Of a stretch of 57,670 nucleotides of DNA, positions 18,884-27,038 are shown piece after piece. A program made the position numbers and the translations under genes. Within the stretch, counting starts at the first letter, position 1; every line of letters starts with the position of its first letter. This stretch comes from an uncultured archaeon. GTDB lineage: Archaea; Nanohalarchaeota; Nanosalinia; Nanosalinales; Nanohalalkaliarchaeaceae. Below the pieces are notes generated by a model, which was not told the DNA's origin, did no database searches, and worked only from the letters and a program-made list of their open reading frames with translations. The stretch lies in the NCBI GenBank assembly GCA_964575915.1, contig CAZNTD010000001.1, positions 1 to 57,670 on the forward strand. The letters run 5' to 3'.

Positions 18884-21549
18884 GAGGATTCGTTCCGGCC
18901 GGGAAGGGACGCCGTGAACCGGTCGACCGCATCGCCAGCCCGGCTCAACAGGCCCTCGTCCAGGACGCGCCGGTATCCCTGGATGCGCACGCCAGGACCG
19001 GTCTCATCGTAGACCGAGGGCCCCCGCTTCCGGGCGATGACCCCTGTCTCCGCGTACCGGTCACCGAACGCTGTCTCGAGCGTCTCGATGAACTCGCGCG
19101 GTGCACTGTTCCGTCCGTTCTCGTTGTAGATGACCGCGTCGTGACCGGCCTCCGCCGCGTACTCCTCGATGCCGTCCAGTGCCGCCTCGACCACCTCGCT
19201 GTTCCGCCGGTGGAACATGTGGCTGCGGGATTCGAGCGTATCGACGACGAGATAGTCCCTGACAGGACCGGTGGCCTCCCACATCGTCGCGTATCCGACA
19301 TCATCCCCTGTCCTGATCTCCATGATCTGGGTGTGATCGTCGGCCATATAGTCGATGAGCGCGTGCTCGTTCACCCCGCCCAGGAACGCGCAGCACCGTG
19401 ATTCGGCCTGTGTCGGTGCGGTCTCGGGGTTCTTGTCCCACAGTCGTACCTGCACGGCTTCGGCCGTCACCTGGTCGGGCCGGACGGTGATGGCCTCGGC
19501 ATACTGCGTGGCCTTCGCCGCCACCGGCGAGTCGTCAGGAAGCAGCTCCTGCGCCGCCTGGTTGAGCGCGTACTGCACCTCGTCGGGCTCCATATCCTCC
19601 CTCTCGAGCAGCCCGGTGTAATCCCCCTCCAGCCTGTCGAAGAAACGGTCGACCTCGTCCGTCGCGGACGGAGCGGCCGCCTTCACCCGTTCGCGTTCCG
19701 CGATGAGCTCCTCCTTGCGCTCGTGGTCGCCGGCACGCGCCGCTTCCCCGATCAGTTCCCCGAGCTCCTCCAGCCGGTCGTGGTCGACGGCGCCATCCAC
19801 GTCGACGCTCACCGCGTTCCGTCGGATGTCCCGGAGGAGAGCGAGCCCACCATCGTACGCGGCATCCCGGGTCGCATCGAGATCGTCCGTCAGTTCTTCA
19901 CGCTCCGGGTGGATGCCGTACGTCCGCTCGAAGCCGGGGTTGACGACGTACTCCGCGGGGTCCCCGCCGAAGAACGCGTCCACGAACGCACCGGCGTCCG
20001 TCCCACGGCCGAGCAGCCGCCGCGCCCGGTCCCGGAGGCCCTCGGACTCCAGCTGTTCCATGAAGTAATCGAGGTTGTCGCTGGACAGGAGCCGGTCTGC
20101 GGCCGTCTCGCTCGCACCGAGCCGCTCCATCACCGCCTCGCGCGCGTGCCGTTCGATATCCGCGAGGTAATCCCGTCGTTCACGGTCGTCCCCGGGGAGT
20201 TCGAGGCCGAGCAGGTCGGAGTGTCGCTGGAAGAAGAGGTGGCCCTCCTCGACCTCGTCGTACCACGCCGCGATGCGTTCCGCGTCCTGCTCCAGGTCCG
20301 CGACGGTGTCGTACACGTCATCAAGATCGAAGACCGCCAGGGCGTCGTTCACGGCATCGAACCGTTCCTCGTCGAGGTCGGTGACGAACCGTTCGAGGTC
20401 GTCCCACTCGCCGGTGTAGGCGATGACAGGTCCCGCATCGAACCGCACGAGGTGGTGTGGCTCGGCGGGGTCCCGGACCGCGGTGATGTCGCGGCGACCG
20501 CGAGAGAGGGATTCGAACCTGGTCAGCCGTCCGTGGATGTCGTCCGCGTCGCCGTCGAGCGGGTCCAGGTCGAACCGGCCGTCGTGGCGGCGGAACTCCC
20601 CGTACGACGCCCGCACCTCCTCGTACATCCCGTCAAGCCGTTCCACATCGGTGCGGAGCCGGTCGAACGTATCGTAGGTATCATCGAGGTCGAAGAGGTT
20701 CGCGAACGCGAACATGCCTGTCGGTGCCGCATCCTCGACGTATTCGACCAGACGGCCCCAGTCACCGCGGTACGTCACCGTGCCGTCCGGCCTCTCGCCG
20801 GGGACGATAACCGGCACGTCGTCCGCGGTCCCCGGCGTATCGAACGTCACTCCGGCCATGTCCCCGATCCCCATCGCCCCGGCGATGGCTGTGTTCACCG
20901 GGATGAGGTCAAGTCCATCGCGGGAGAGGTTGGTCCAGCCGAACCGGCCGAGCGCCTGCACCGCCCGGTCGCCGAGGCCGGGGCCGTAAGCAAGGTCTTG
21001 CGCCAGGACGACCGGTCCATCCTCAAGGTCGCTGCGGTAGCGTCCCTGCCGGGAGATGCCGGATTCGACGATGTCGATGCGGTCTGCGATGACCGCGGCG
21101 TCCCCATCCAGGGAGATGCCGTCCCGGGAGTGGATGTGTCCGGACCGGACGAGGGAGTCCGAGACCGAGACGGCGGGTGCGTGGATGTGAGCGGTGATAT
21201 CCGAATCTGCCGCCCACATCCTTCCATCGATGATCCCGGTCATCTCGCTCCGCTTCAGCGAGCCGCCACCGGCCAGGTCGCCGTGGACCACCGATCCGTC
21301 GATATCTGCCGACGTCGTCCCGTCCACGCTACCGACAAGGACTCCGTCCCGCAGGTCGTACCGGCCGGTGAGTCGGCCAACCACGGCGGCGTCTGAGATG
21401 GTCCGGTACGGTTCGAGGATGTCGTCCCGGTCGAACTCGCGGGGATCAACCGGATCGTCCCGGCGGTCGTCAGACAGCAGGTCCTCGAGCGTTGCGTCGC
21501 CGGCGTCATCCGTGACCCCGTCGGCGGACACCAGCACATCCACGTCCAT
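18880..21549 (-). CDS. large acidic protein of unknown function with internal ~90-aa duplication
   Basis: 889-aa ORF with acidic composition. TATA tatataaaa lies about 25 nt upstream of the ATG. See findings. Confidence 0.75.
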   Translation of the reverse strand: MDVDVLVSADGVTDDAGDATLEDLLSDDRRDDPVDPREFDRDDILEPYRTISDAAVVGRLTGRYDLRDGVLVGSVDGTTSADIDGSVVHGDLAGGGSLKRSEMTGIIDGRMWAADSDITAHIHAPAVSVSDSLVRSGHIHSRDGISLDGDAAVIADRIDIVESGISRQGRYRSDLEDGPVVLAQDLAYGPGLGDRAVQALGRFGWTNLSRDGLDLIPVNTAIAGAMGIGDMAGVTFDTPGTADDVPVIVPGERPDGTVTYRGDWGRLVEYVEDAAPTGMFAFANLFDLDDTYDTFDRLRTDVERLDGMYEEVRASYGEFRRHDGRFDLDPLDGDADDIHGRLTRFESLSRGRRDITAVRDPAEPHHLVRFDAGPVIAYTGEWDDLERFVTDLDEERFDAVNDALAVFDLDDVYDTVADLEQDAERIAAWYDEVEEGHLFFQRHSDLLGLELPGDDRERRDYLADIERHAREAVMERLGASETAADRLLSSDNLDYFMEQLESEGLRDRARRLLGRGTDAGAFVDAFFGGDPAEYVVNPGFERTYGIHPEREELTDDLDATRDAAYDGGLALLRDIRRNAVSVDVDGAVDHDRLEELGELIGEAARAGDHERKEELIAERERVKAAAPSATDEVDRFFDRLEGDYTGLLEREDMEPDEVQYALNQAAQELLPDDSPVAAKATQYAEAITVRPDQVTAEAVQVRLWDKNPETAPTQAESRCCAFLGGVNEHALIDYMADDHTQIMEIRTGDDVGYATMWEATGPVRDYLVVDTLESRSHMFHRRNSEVVEAALDGIEEYAAEAGHDAVIYNENGRNSAPREFIETLETAFGDRYAETGVIARKRGPSVYDETGPGVRIQGYRRVLDEGLLSRAGDAVDRFTASLPGRNESS

Positions 21550-21589
21550 GTGTAACTACTTGCCAGTAACTATATAAAACTGTTCGGGT

Positions 21590-22189
21590 TCAGATGGCGG
21601 AACGCACCCGCTCCACGACCAGGTCGACCGCCCGCGGGTTCATCCCCTCGGGGATGATGACATCCGCGTGGCGCCTGGTCGGCTCCACGAAGCTGCGGTG
21701 CATCGGCTTCACGGTCTCCCGGTACTGCCGGATGACCCCTTCCAGGTCGCGGCCGCGGTCCACCACGTCGCGCTGGATGCGGCGGAGGATGCGCTCATCC
21801 GCGTCCGTCTCCACGTACACCTGCAGGTCGAGCAGCTCCCGCACACGGTCGTGGTGGAGCGCGAGGATGCCCTCCACGATGATGACACTGGCGGGCTCGA
21901 CCCGCTCGGTCTCCCCCGTCCGGTTGTGCACCGAGAAGTCGTACTGCGGCATCTCCACCGGGTCGCCCCCGGCCAGCGCGTCGAGGTCGTCGACGAGCAG
22001 GTCCCACTCGAACGCGTCCGGGTGGTCGTAGTTGATGTCCTGCCGCTCCTCCAGGGACAGGTCCGACCGGTCGCGGTAGTAGTTGTCGAGCGGGACGATG
22101 GCGGCGTCCTCACCGATGCGGTCCGCGACCTCCTCCGCGACGGTCGTCTTGCCCGCCCCGGTCCCGCCGGCGATACCGATCATGAACAT
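21590..22189 (-). CDS. udk: uridine kinase
   Basis: P-loop GIAGGTGAGKTT, then LDNYYRD...INYDHPDAFEW. Confidence 0.9.
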   Translation of the reverse strand: MFMIGIAGGTGAGKTTVAEEVADRIGEDAAIVPLDNYYRDRSDLSLEERQDINYDHPDAFEWDLLVDDLDALAGGDPVEMPQYDFSVHNRTGETERVEPASVIIVEGILALHHDRVRELLDLQVYVETDADERILRRIQRDVVDRGRDLEGVIRQYRETVKPMHRSFVEPTRRHADVIIPEGMNPRAVDLVVERVRSAI

Positions 22190-22192
22190 GGT

Positions 22193-22606
22193 CTATATCC
22201 CGTCAAGCGCATCCACGGTCTCGGCCACCGCGTCGACCGCGCCCTCCGCGTAGTCCACGGTGCGCTGCTCCACCTGGCTCCAGGAGACGCCCGGCCCGAT
22301 GATGCCGAAGCCGACCGGCTTGCCGTGGTCCACGGACAGTTCGAGCAGCTGCTTGGAGACGTTGTGCGCGATGACCTCGTCGTGGTCCGTCGCCCCGGTG
22401 ATGACCGCGCCGACCACCGCGACCCCGTCGATGTCGTCCCGCTGCAACAGTTCGCTCGCCGCGACCGGGACCTCGTGCGTCCCCGGCACCTCCACGACCG
22501 CGGCGACCTCCATGTCCAGTTCCGCGGCCCGTGATTCCGCCGCGTCACGCATCTCCGCGGTGTACTCCGCGTTGAACCGGGCCCTGACGATGCCGATGGA
22601 CGTCAT
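22193..22606 (-). CDS. ribH: 6,7-dimethyl-8-ribityllumazine synthase
   Basis: IGIVRARFN...VEVPGTHEVPVAA...AVITG...HDEVIA pattern. 4-nt overlap with ribC. Confidence 0.85.
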   Translation of the reverse strand: MTSIGIVRARFNAEYTAEMRDAAESRAAELDMEVAAVVEVPGTHEVPVAASELLQRDDIDGVAVVGAVITGATDHDEVIAHNVSKQLLELSVDHGKPVGFGIIGPGVSWSQVEQRTVDYAEGAVDAVAETVDALDGI

Positions 22607-23088
22607 TCCGCATCACCGAGCGGGCCGGCGTCCGTGTGACCCTGCCGCACCCCCTGGCCGGCCCGCGGGGTGAGCGCCTCCTTCCCCTGCAGCAGCTCCA
22701 GCGCGTTCTCCGCGTGTTTGGTGACGCGGTCCTCGAAGATCTCCCGCAGTTCGCCGGGCGACTTGGCCTCGTCCTCGTAGACGAACACCTCGATGATGTG
22801 CGTGTTCGTGGCCAGTTCCGCCTGGATGAGACCCTGCGACGCCTCGTGCGCACACCGCTTGTCGACGTCCGCGCTGCCGGCCATCCCGAGCGCGATGACG
22901 GTGTCGCAGCCGTGCTCCTCGATGAGCTTCTTCGCGGCGACCGGCAGGTCCTTGAACCCGGGGACGGTGTACCGCTCCACCTCGACGCCGGTCCCGTCCA
23001 GCACGTCGAGCGCGACGTCGGCCATGTCGTACCGGGCGAACATGGTGTCCGCCACCCCGACGACCGTCCCGGTCAGATCGTCCGGCAT
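22603..23088 (-). CDS. ribC: archaeal-type riboflavin synthase
   Basis: VGVADTMFARYDMADVA...VPGFKDLPVAAKKL is typical of archaeal RibC. Confidence 0.85.
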   Translation of the reverse strand: MPDDLTGTVVGVADTMFARYDMADVALDVLDGTGVEVERYTVPGFKDLPVAAKKLIEEHGCDTVIALGMAGSADVDKRCAHEASQGLIQAELATNTHIIEVFVYEDEAKSPGELREIFEDRVTKHAENALELLQGKEALTPRAGQGVRQGHTDAGPLGDAE

Positions 23089-23453
23089 GTCACCACGTCC
23101 CCGTCCGCCAGGTCCAGGGTTTCCCGCAGGTTGGCCGGGGCGATGAGTTCCGCGATCGCGTCGGGATGGTCGGTGATAGCCATCTCCAGCAGCGCCGCCT
23201 CAACCCCGTCCACGGTCACGGGGTAGGCGGTGACCGCGCTGTACTCCTCGCCGTCCACCGAGAACGACGGGATCTCCCGGGGGTCGGCCTCCGCCTGCAG
23301 CGCGCGCTTCGCCTCCGGGTCGGTCTCGATGTTGAGGGTGCCGGGGAACGGGTCGAACCCGACCGCGTCCCGGAACCGCTCCCGGTACGCGTCCATCCCC
23401 ACGTAGTCGCTGCCACGTCCGAACCCGGACGTGACCCTGCCCTCGAGTTCCAT
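23073..23453 (-). CDS. ribK: CTP-dependent riboflavin kinase
   Basis: GRVTSGFGRGSDYV...FDPFPGTLNIE motif. Trimmed from the 268-aa ORF to MELEGRV. 16-nt overlap with ribC. Confidence 0.8.
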   Translation of the reverse strand: MELEGRVTSGFGRGSDYVGMDAYRERFRDAVGFDPFPGTLNIETDPEAKRALQAEADPREIPSFSVDGEEYSAVTAYPVTVDGVEAALLEMAITDHPDAIAELIAPANLRETLDLADGDVVTCRTI

Positions 23454-23567
23454 GTGTGAACGTGCTGCAGGGAGCTTTAAGTGTGCTGCGCCGCGGCCCG
23501 GATATCCGCGCGTACCCGGCTCGAGGCCAACGGATTTAAACCGGGAGCGCACATGGTTCACGTGACG

Positions 23568-23861
23568 ATGGGCGACACGCTCGACCAGGAGACCATCATC
23601 GAACGCCTCGCCGAGGTCGAGGGCTGGGAGCAGGACGGCGCCTGGCTCGTCACCGCGTACGAGTTCGACGACTTCGCGGAGGCGCTGGCGTTCGTCAACA
23701 CGGTCGGGGAGATCGCGGAGGAGCTGAACCACCATCCCGACATCACCCTCCACGACTACAGCACGGTCACCCTCGCCATCACCAGCCACGACGCCGGCGG
23801 CATCACCGACCGCGACTTCACGTTCGTGGACCGGGTGGAAGCCGCGGCGGACGAGTTCTGA
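23568..23861 (+). CDS. 4a-hydroxytetrahydrobiopterin (pterin-4a-carbinolamine) dehydratase
   Basis: ELNHHPDITL...TLAITSHDAGGIT motif. TATA atttaaac at about 23537. An alternative ATG is at 23553. Confidence 0.8.
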   Translation: MGDTLDQETIIERLAEVEGWEQDGAWLVTAYEFDDFAEALAFVNTVGEIAEELNHHPDITLHDYSTVTLAITSHDAGGITDRDFTFVDRVEAAADEF

Positions 23862-23898
23862 CGCGGGTAGTATCCCCACTCAAAACTTCGCGTAGAAG

Positions 23899-23918
23899 TG
23901 GGTCCGAGCGGATTTGAA
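23899..23918 (-). repeat. direct duplicate of the tRNA-Val 3' end
   Basis: Plus-strand TGGGTCCGAGCGGATTTGAA occurs at 23969-23988 (tRNA 3' end) and again at 23899-23918; identical 20 nt. Confidence 0.9.
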
Positions 23919-23968
23919 GTCGAAGACCGCTCCGGTCTTCTTCGATCAAATCCGCCGAGATGATGGGA

Positions 23969-24043
23969 TGGGTCCGAGCGGATTTGAACCGCCGACCTTC
24001 GCCACGTCAAGGCGACGTCCTGACCAGGCTAGACCACGGACCC
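23969..24043 (-). tRNA. tRNA-Val (anticodon GAC)
   Basis: Reverse complement folds as acceptor GGGTCCG/CGGACCC, anticodon arm TCGCC-TTGACGT-GGCGA, T arm GGCGG-TTCAAAT-CCGCT, discriminator A. Confidence 0.9.
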
Positions 24044-24068
24044 CTGACGGTCAGATTCGGAACATTTC

Positions 24069-24076
24069 TTTTAAAT
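24069..24076. promoter_or_regulatory. shared TATA box for divergent tRNA-Val and the FAD oxidoreductase gene
   Basis: TTTTAAAT is centred about 29 nt from the tRNA-Val 5' end (24043) and about 28 nt from the ATG at 24100. Confidence 0.6.
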
Positions 24077-24099
24077 GGTGGGGGTTCCCAGTTCGGGGC

Positions 24100-25503
24100 A
24101 TGGAGCGGGGCCATGCGGCACGTGTGGAGCGGATCGCCGACCGTGTCCGGACGCTCCGCGAGGCAGGGGAGACGCCGCGTATCGTGCACGGCAGCACCAA
24201 CTCGACCCGGCCGCAGGCGGAGCGGGACGACCGGGAGGTGGACATCGGGGATCTCGACCATGTCCTGGACATCGACCGGGATGCGATGACCGTGACGGTG
24301 GAGCCGAACGTGCCGATGGACGCGCTGGTCGCGGAGACGCTGGAGCACGGCCTTGTCCCGCCGGTCGTGATGGAGTTCCCGGGGATCACGGTGGGTGGTG
24401 GCATCCAGGGCGGTGCGGGGGAGAGCTCGTCGTTCCGTCACGGTGCGTTCCACGACACCTGTTCCCGGTACGAGTTGGTGCTGGGGAGCGGCGAGGTGGT
24501 CGAGGCGGGTCCGGCGGAGAACGCGGACCTGTTCCACGGGACGGCCTGCTCCTACGGGTCGCTTGGCATCCTCACGGAGGCGGATCTCGACCTCGTCCCC
24601 GCGACGCGCTTCGTCCGGCTGACGTACCACCCGGTGGACGGGATGCGGGAGACGGTGGAACGGGTCCGTGAGTTCGCGGACCGGGACGACATCGACTTCC
24701 TGGATGCCATCGTCTTCGGGCCGGACCGCGGCGTGGTGATGACGGGTGTGCGGAGCGACCGGGACGACCTGCCGGTCAACAGGTTCCGCCGTGCCCGGGA
24801 CGACTGGTTCCACCGGCACGCCCGGGCGGCGATGGAGCGCGGCCCGGTCACGGAGAACGTGCCGCTGGGGGACTACCTGTTCCGGTACGACCGCGGTGCG
24901 TTCTGGACCGGCGAACTCGCGTTCGACCACCTGCCGGTCGGGCCGAGCCGGGAGGCGCGTACCCTGCTCGACCCGCTGTTCCGCACCCGGCGGATGTACC
25001 GGTTCCTCCACGCCGGCAACCTGTCCTCGCGGTACATCGTGCAGGATCTCTGCATGCCGGAGGAGCGGGCCGCGGACTTCGTGGACTGGCTGGACCGGAC
25101 CCTTGACATTTACCCGCTGTGGATCTGTCCGCTCGAGCCGGACGGGCGGGACGCCTCTCCCCTGTCGCCGGGGGAGATCGACACGGACCTCATCGTCAAC
25201 GTCGGGGTGTGGGGCGACCCGGCGATGGAGGTCGGCCGGGCGAAGCGGGCGCTGGAGGATGCGGTGCTGGAGATGGGTGGACGGAAGGTGCTGTACGCGC
25301 ACCAGTACTACCCGGAGGACGAGTTCTGGCAGATGTACGACCGGGAGGGGTACGAGGCGTTGCGGGAGCGGTACGACGCCGCCGGGTTCTTTCCGGACGT
25401 CTACGAGACCACGCACGTGGACCACCTGCCGCCGGCGTCGAAGGCAGGGATGGCCCGGGAGTTGCCGCGGGTGCTCCGGGACGTCCTCCGCGGCGATGCG
25501 TGA
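24100..25503 (+). CDS. FAD-linked oxidoreductase, DHCR24/DWF1 (delta-24 sterol reductase)-like
   Basis: PCMH-type FAD-binding region [31 protein letters not shown] and C-terminal YPLWICP...EFWQMYD resemble DHCR24. Trimmed to the ATG at 24100 because the track ORF runs through tRNA-Val. Confidence 0.75.
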   Translation: [467 protein letters not shown]

Positions 25504-25538
25504 TGCGTTTTATATAACTTCGCGGGGATGCTCCGGAC

Positions 25539-26432
25539 ATGCACATCCTGCTGCGGTACGGGGAGATCGCGCTGAAGAGCGGCCAGGTCCGCGCCGGGTT
25601 CGAGGACCGGCTGCGGGACAACCTGGTGCGGGCGCTCGATGCAGCAGGCATCGACGGCGACATCCTCGAACGTGACGGCCGTATATTCGCAGACGTCCCG
25701 GAGGACGATGCTGCTGATGCCGCGCTCGTGCTCTCCCGCGTCCCGGGCGTGGTGTCGGTCTCGCCGGTCGCCGAGGCAGGGGGGCGTTCCATGGATGCCA
25801 TCATCACGACCGCCCTCTCGGTCATCGCAGGGGTCGAGGTGGACTCGTTCGCGGTCGAGGCGCGGCGTGCCGGCGACCACGAGTACTCCAGCGAGGACAT
25901 CGCGGAGCAGGTCGGGGCCGCCATCGTGGAGGAGACCGGGTGGGACGTCGACCTGGACGATCCGGACATCACGGTGTCCGTCGAGGCGCGGTACACGGAT
26001 GCGTTCGTCTACACCGAGACGGTCGAGGGGGTCGGCGGCCTGCCCATCGATACGCGCGACGCCGTGGCGGTGCTGATGAGCGATCGGCGGGCCACGGTGG
26101 CCGCGTACCGGATGATGAAGCGCGGCTGCACGGTCCACCCGGTCTACACCGGGCGGGAGCCCGGGCGGCTCGAGACGGATATGGCGACGCTCCGCCAGTT
26201 CGACCCGGACGTGAAGCTGACGGTGATGAAGGGGGCGGACGACGTTGCGGCGCTGGAGCGGGCCGTGGACCTGTACGGCTGCGGCGCGGCCGTGCTGCCG
26301 CACACCGTGGAGGAGCTGGTGGAGTTCGACGCGGCAGCCATCGACGCGGAGGTGCTCCTGCCGAACTGCGGGATGTCCGAGGAGGCCGTTCTCGGGACGT
26401 ACAGGGACATCATGGCCGAACCCGGGGCCTGA
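25539..26432 (+). CDS. THUMP-domain ThiI-like protein with degenerate PP-loop
   Basis: N-terminus LLRYGEIALKS and the THUMP region are ThiI-like. The canonical SGGxDS is replaced by SDRRAT. See findings. Confidence 0.65.
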   Translation: MHILLRYGEIALKSGQVRAGFEDRLRDNLVRALDAAGIDGDILERDGRIFADVPEDDAADAALVLSRVPGVVSVSPVAEAGGRSMDAIITTALSVIAGVEVDSFAVEARRAGDHEYSSEDIAEQVGAAIVEETGWDVDLDDPDITVSVEARYTDAFVYTETVEGVGGLPIDTRDAVAVLMSDRRATVAAYRMMKRGCTVHPVYTGREPGRLETDMATLRQFDPDVKLTVMKGADDVAALERAVDLYGCGAAVLPHTVEELVEFDAAAIDAEVLLPNCGMSEEAVLGTYRDIMAEPGA

Positions 26433-26477
26433 ACCGGAACTTTTATAAATACATCCCGCTTTAGCGTTGTTACTGCG

Positions 26478-26633
26478 ATGAAGAAAATCGCTCCGAACCC
26501 GGTGAAGGACGCGGCGACGCAGGCAATCTACGGCCTGGCAGCCCGCGGGATCCCGGCGACGCAGTACACCCCGCTCCGGACGTGGGTGGCGGTCTCGCTG
26601 CTCACGGCCCACCAGCTGAGTCACGACAGCTAG
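26478..26633 (+). CDS. possible small protein (51 aa, not in ORF track)
   Basis: ATG about 30 nt downstream of TATA ttttataaat. GC3-rich codons; sequence MKKIAPNPVKDAATQAIYGLAARGIPATQYTPLRTWVAVSLLTAHQLSHDS. Confidence 0.35.
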   Translation: MKKIAPNPVKDAATQAIYGLAARGIPATQYTPLRTWVAVSLLTAHQLSHDS

Positions 26634-26682
26634 TTTCGGCCCGGACACAATTTTTAAAACCCGGTCTCCCTCTACGTAACCC

Positions 26683-26994
26683 ATGCCGGAAGAGATAGAT
26701 TTCGACAAGGTCGAGTACGTCACCAACCGGAAGCTCCCGAACGACGACGGGGAGCTCACCGGCCACATCAAGATGTACTCCTACGACAACGTCACGTTCC
26801 ATTACACCCTGGAGTGCCCGCACTGCGGCGAGACGACGGAGGGCGAGCGGGAGATGCCCAACCGGCCGTACTACATCAAGTGCAGCGCGTGCGGCGAGAA
26901 CAACCTGGTCCGGAAGATGAAGGGGCAGGGCTCCAAGGTGAAGCGCCCGTCCGGCGAGACGGCGGGTGCGGACGAGGACGCTGACGCGGTATAG
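26683..26994 (+). CDS. zinc-ribbon protein, function unknown
   Basis: CPHCG...CSACG pairs; basic/acidic tail. Confidence 0.55.
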   Translation: MPEEIDFDKVEYVTNRKLPNDDGELTGHIKMYSYDNVTFHYTLECPHCGETTEGEREMPNRPYYIKCSACGENNLVRKMKGQGSKVKRPSGETAGADEDADAV

Positions 26995-27038
26995 CAGGAG
27001 CCCCATTTAAAACGTTTTCCTCCTGTATCTATTGCCGA

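Noticed and set aside
23914-24099. N-terminal extension of the FAD oxidoreductase ORF (the track gives 529 aa starting at 23914)
   Set aside because: The extension runs straight through tRNA-Val and its promoter. The ATG at 24100 sits about 28 nt from a TATA box, and the conserved domain begins there.
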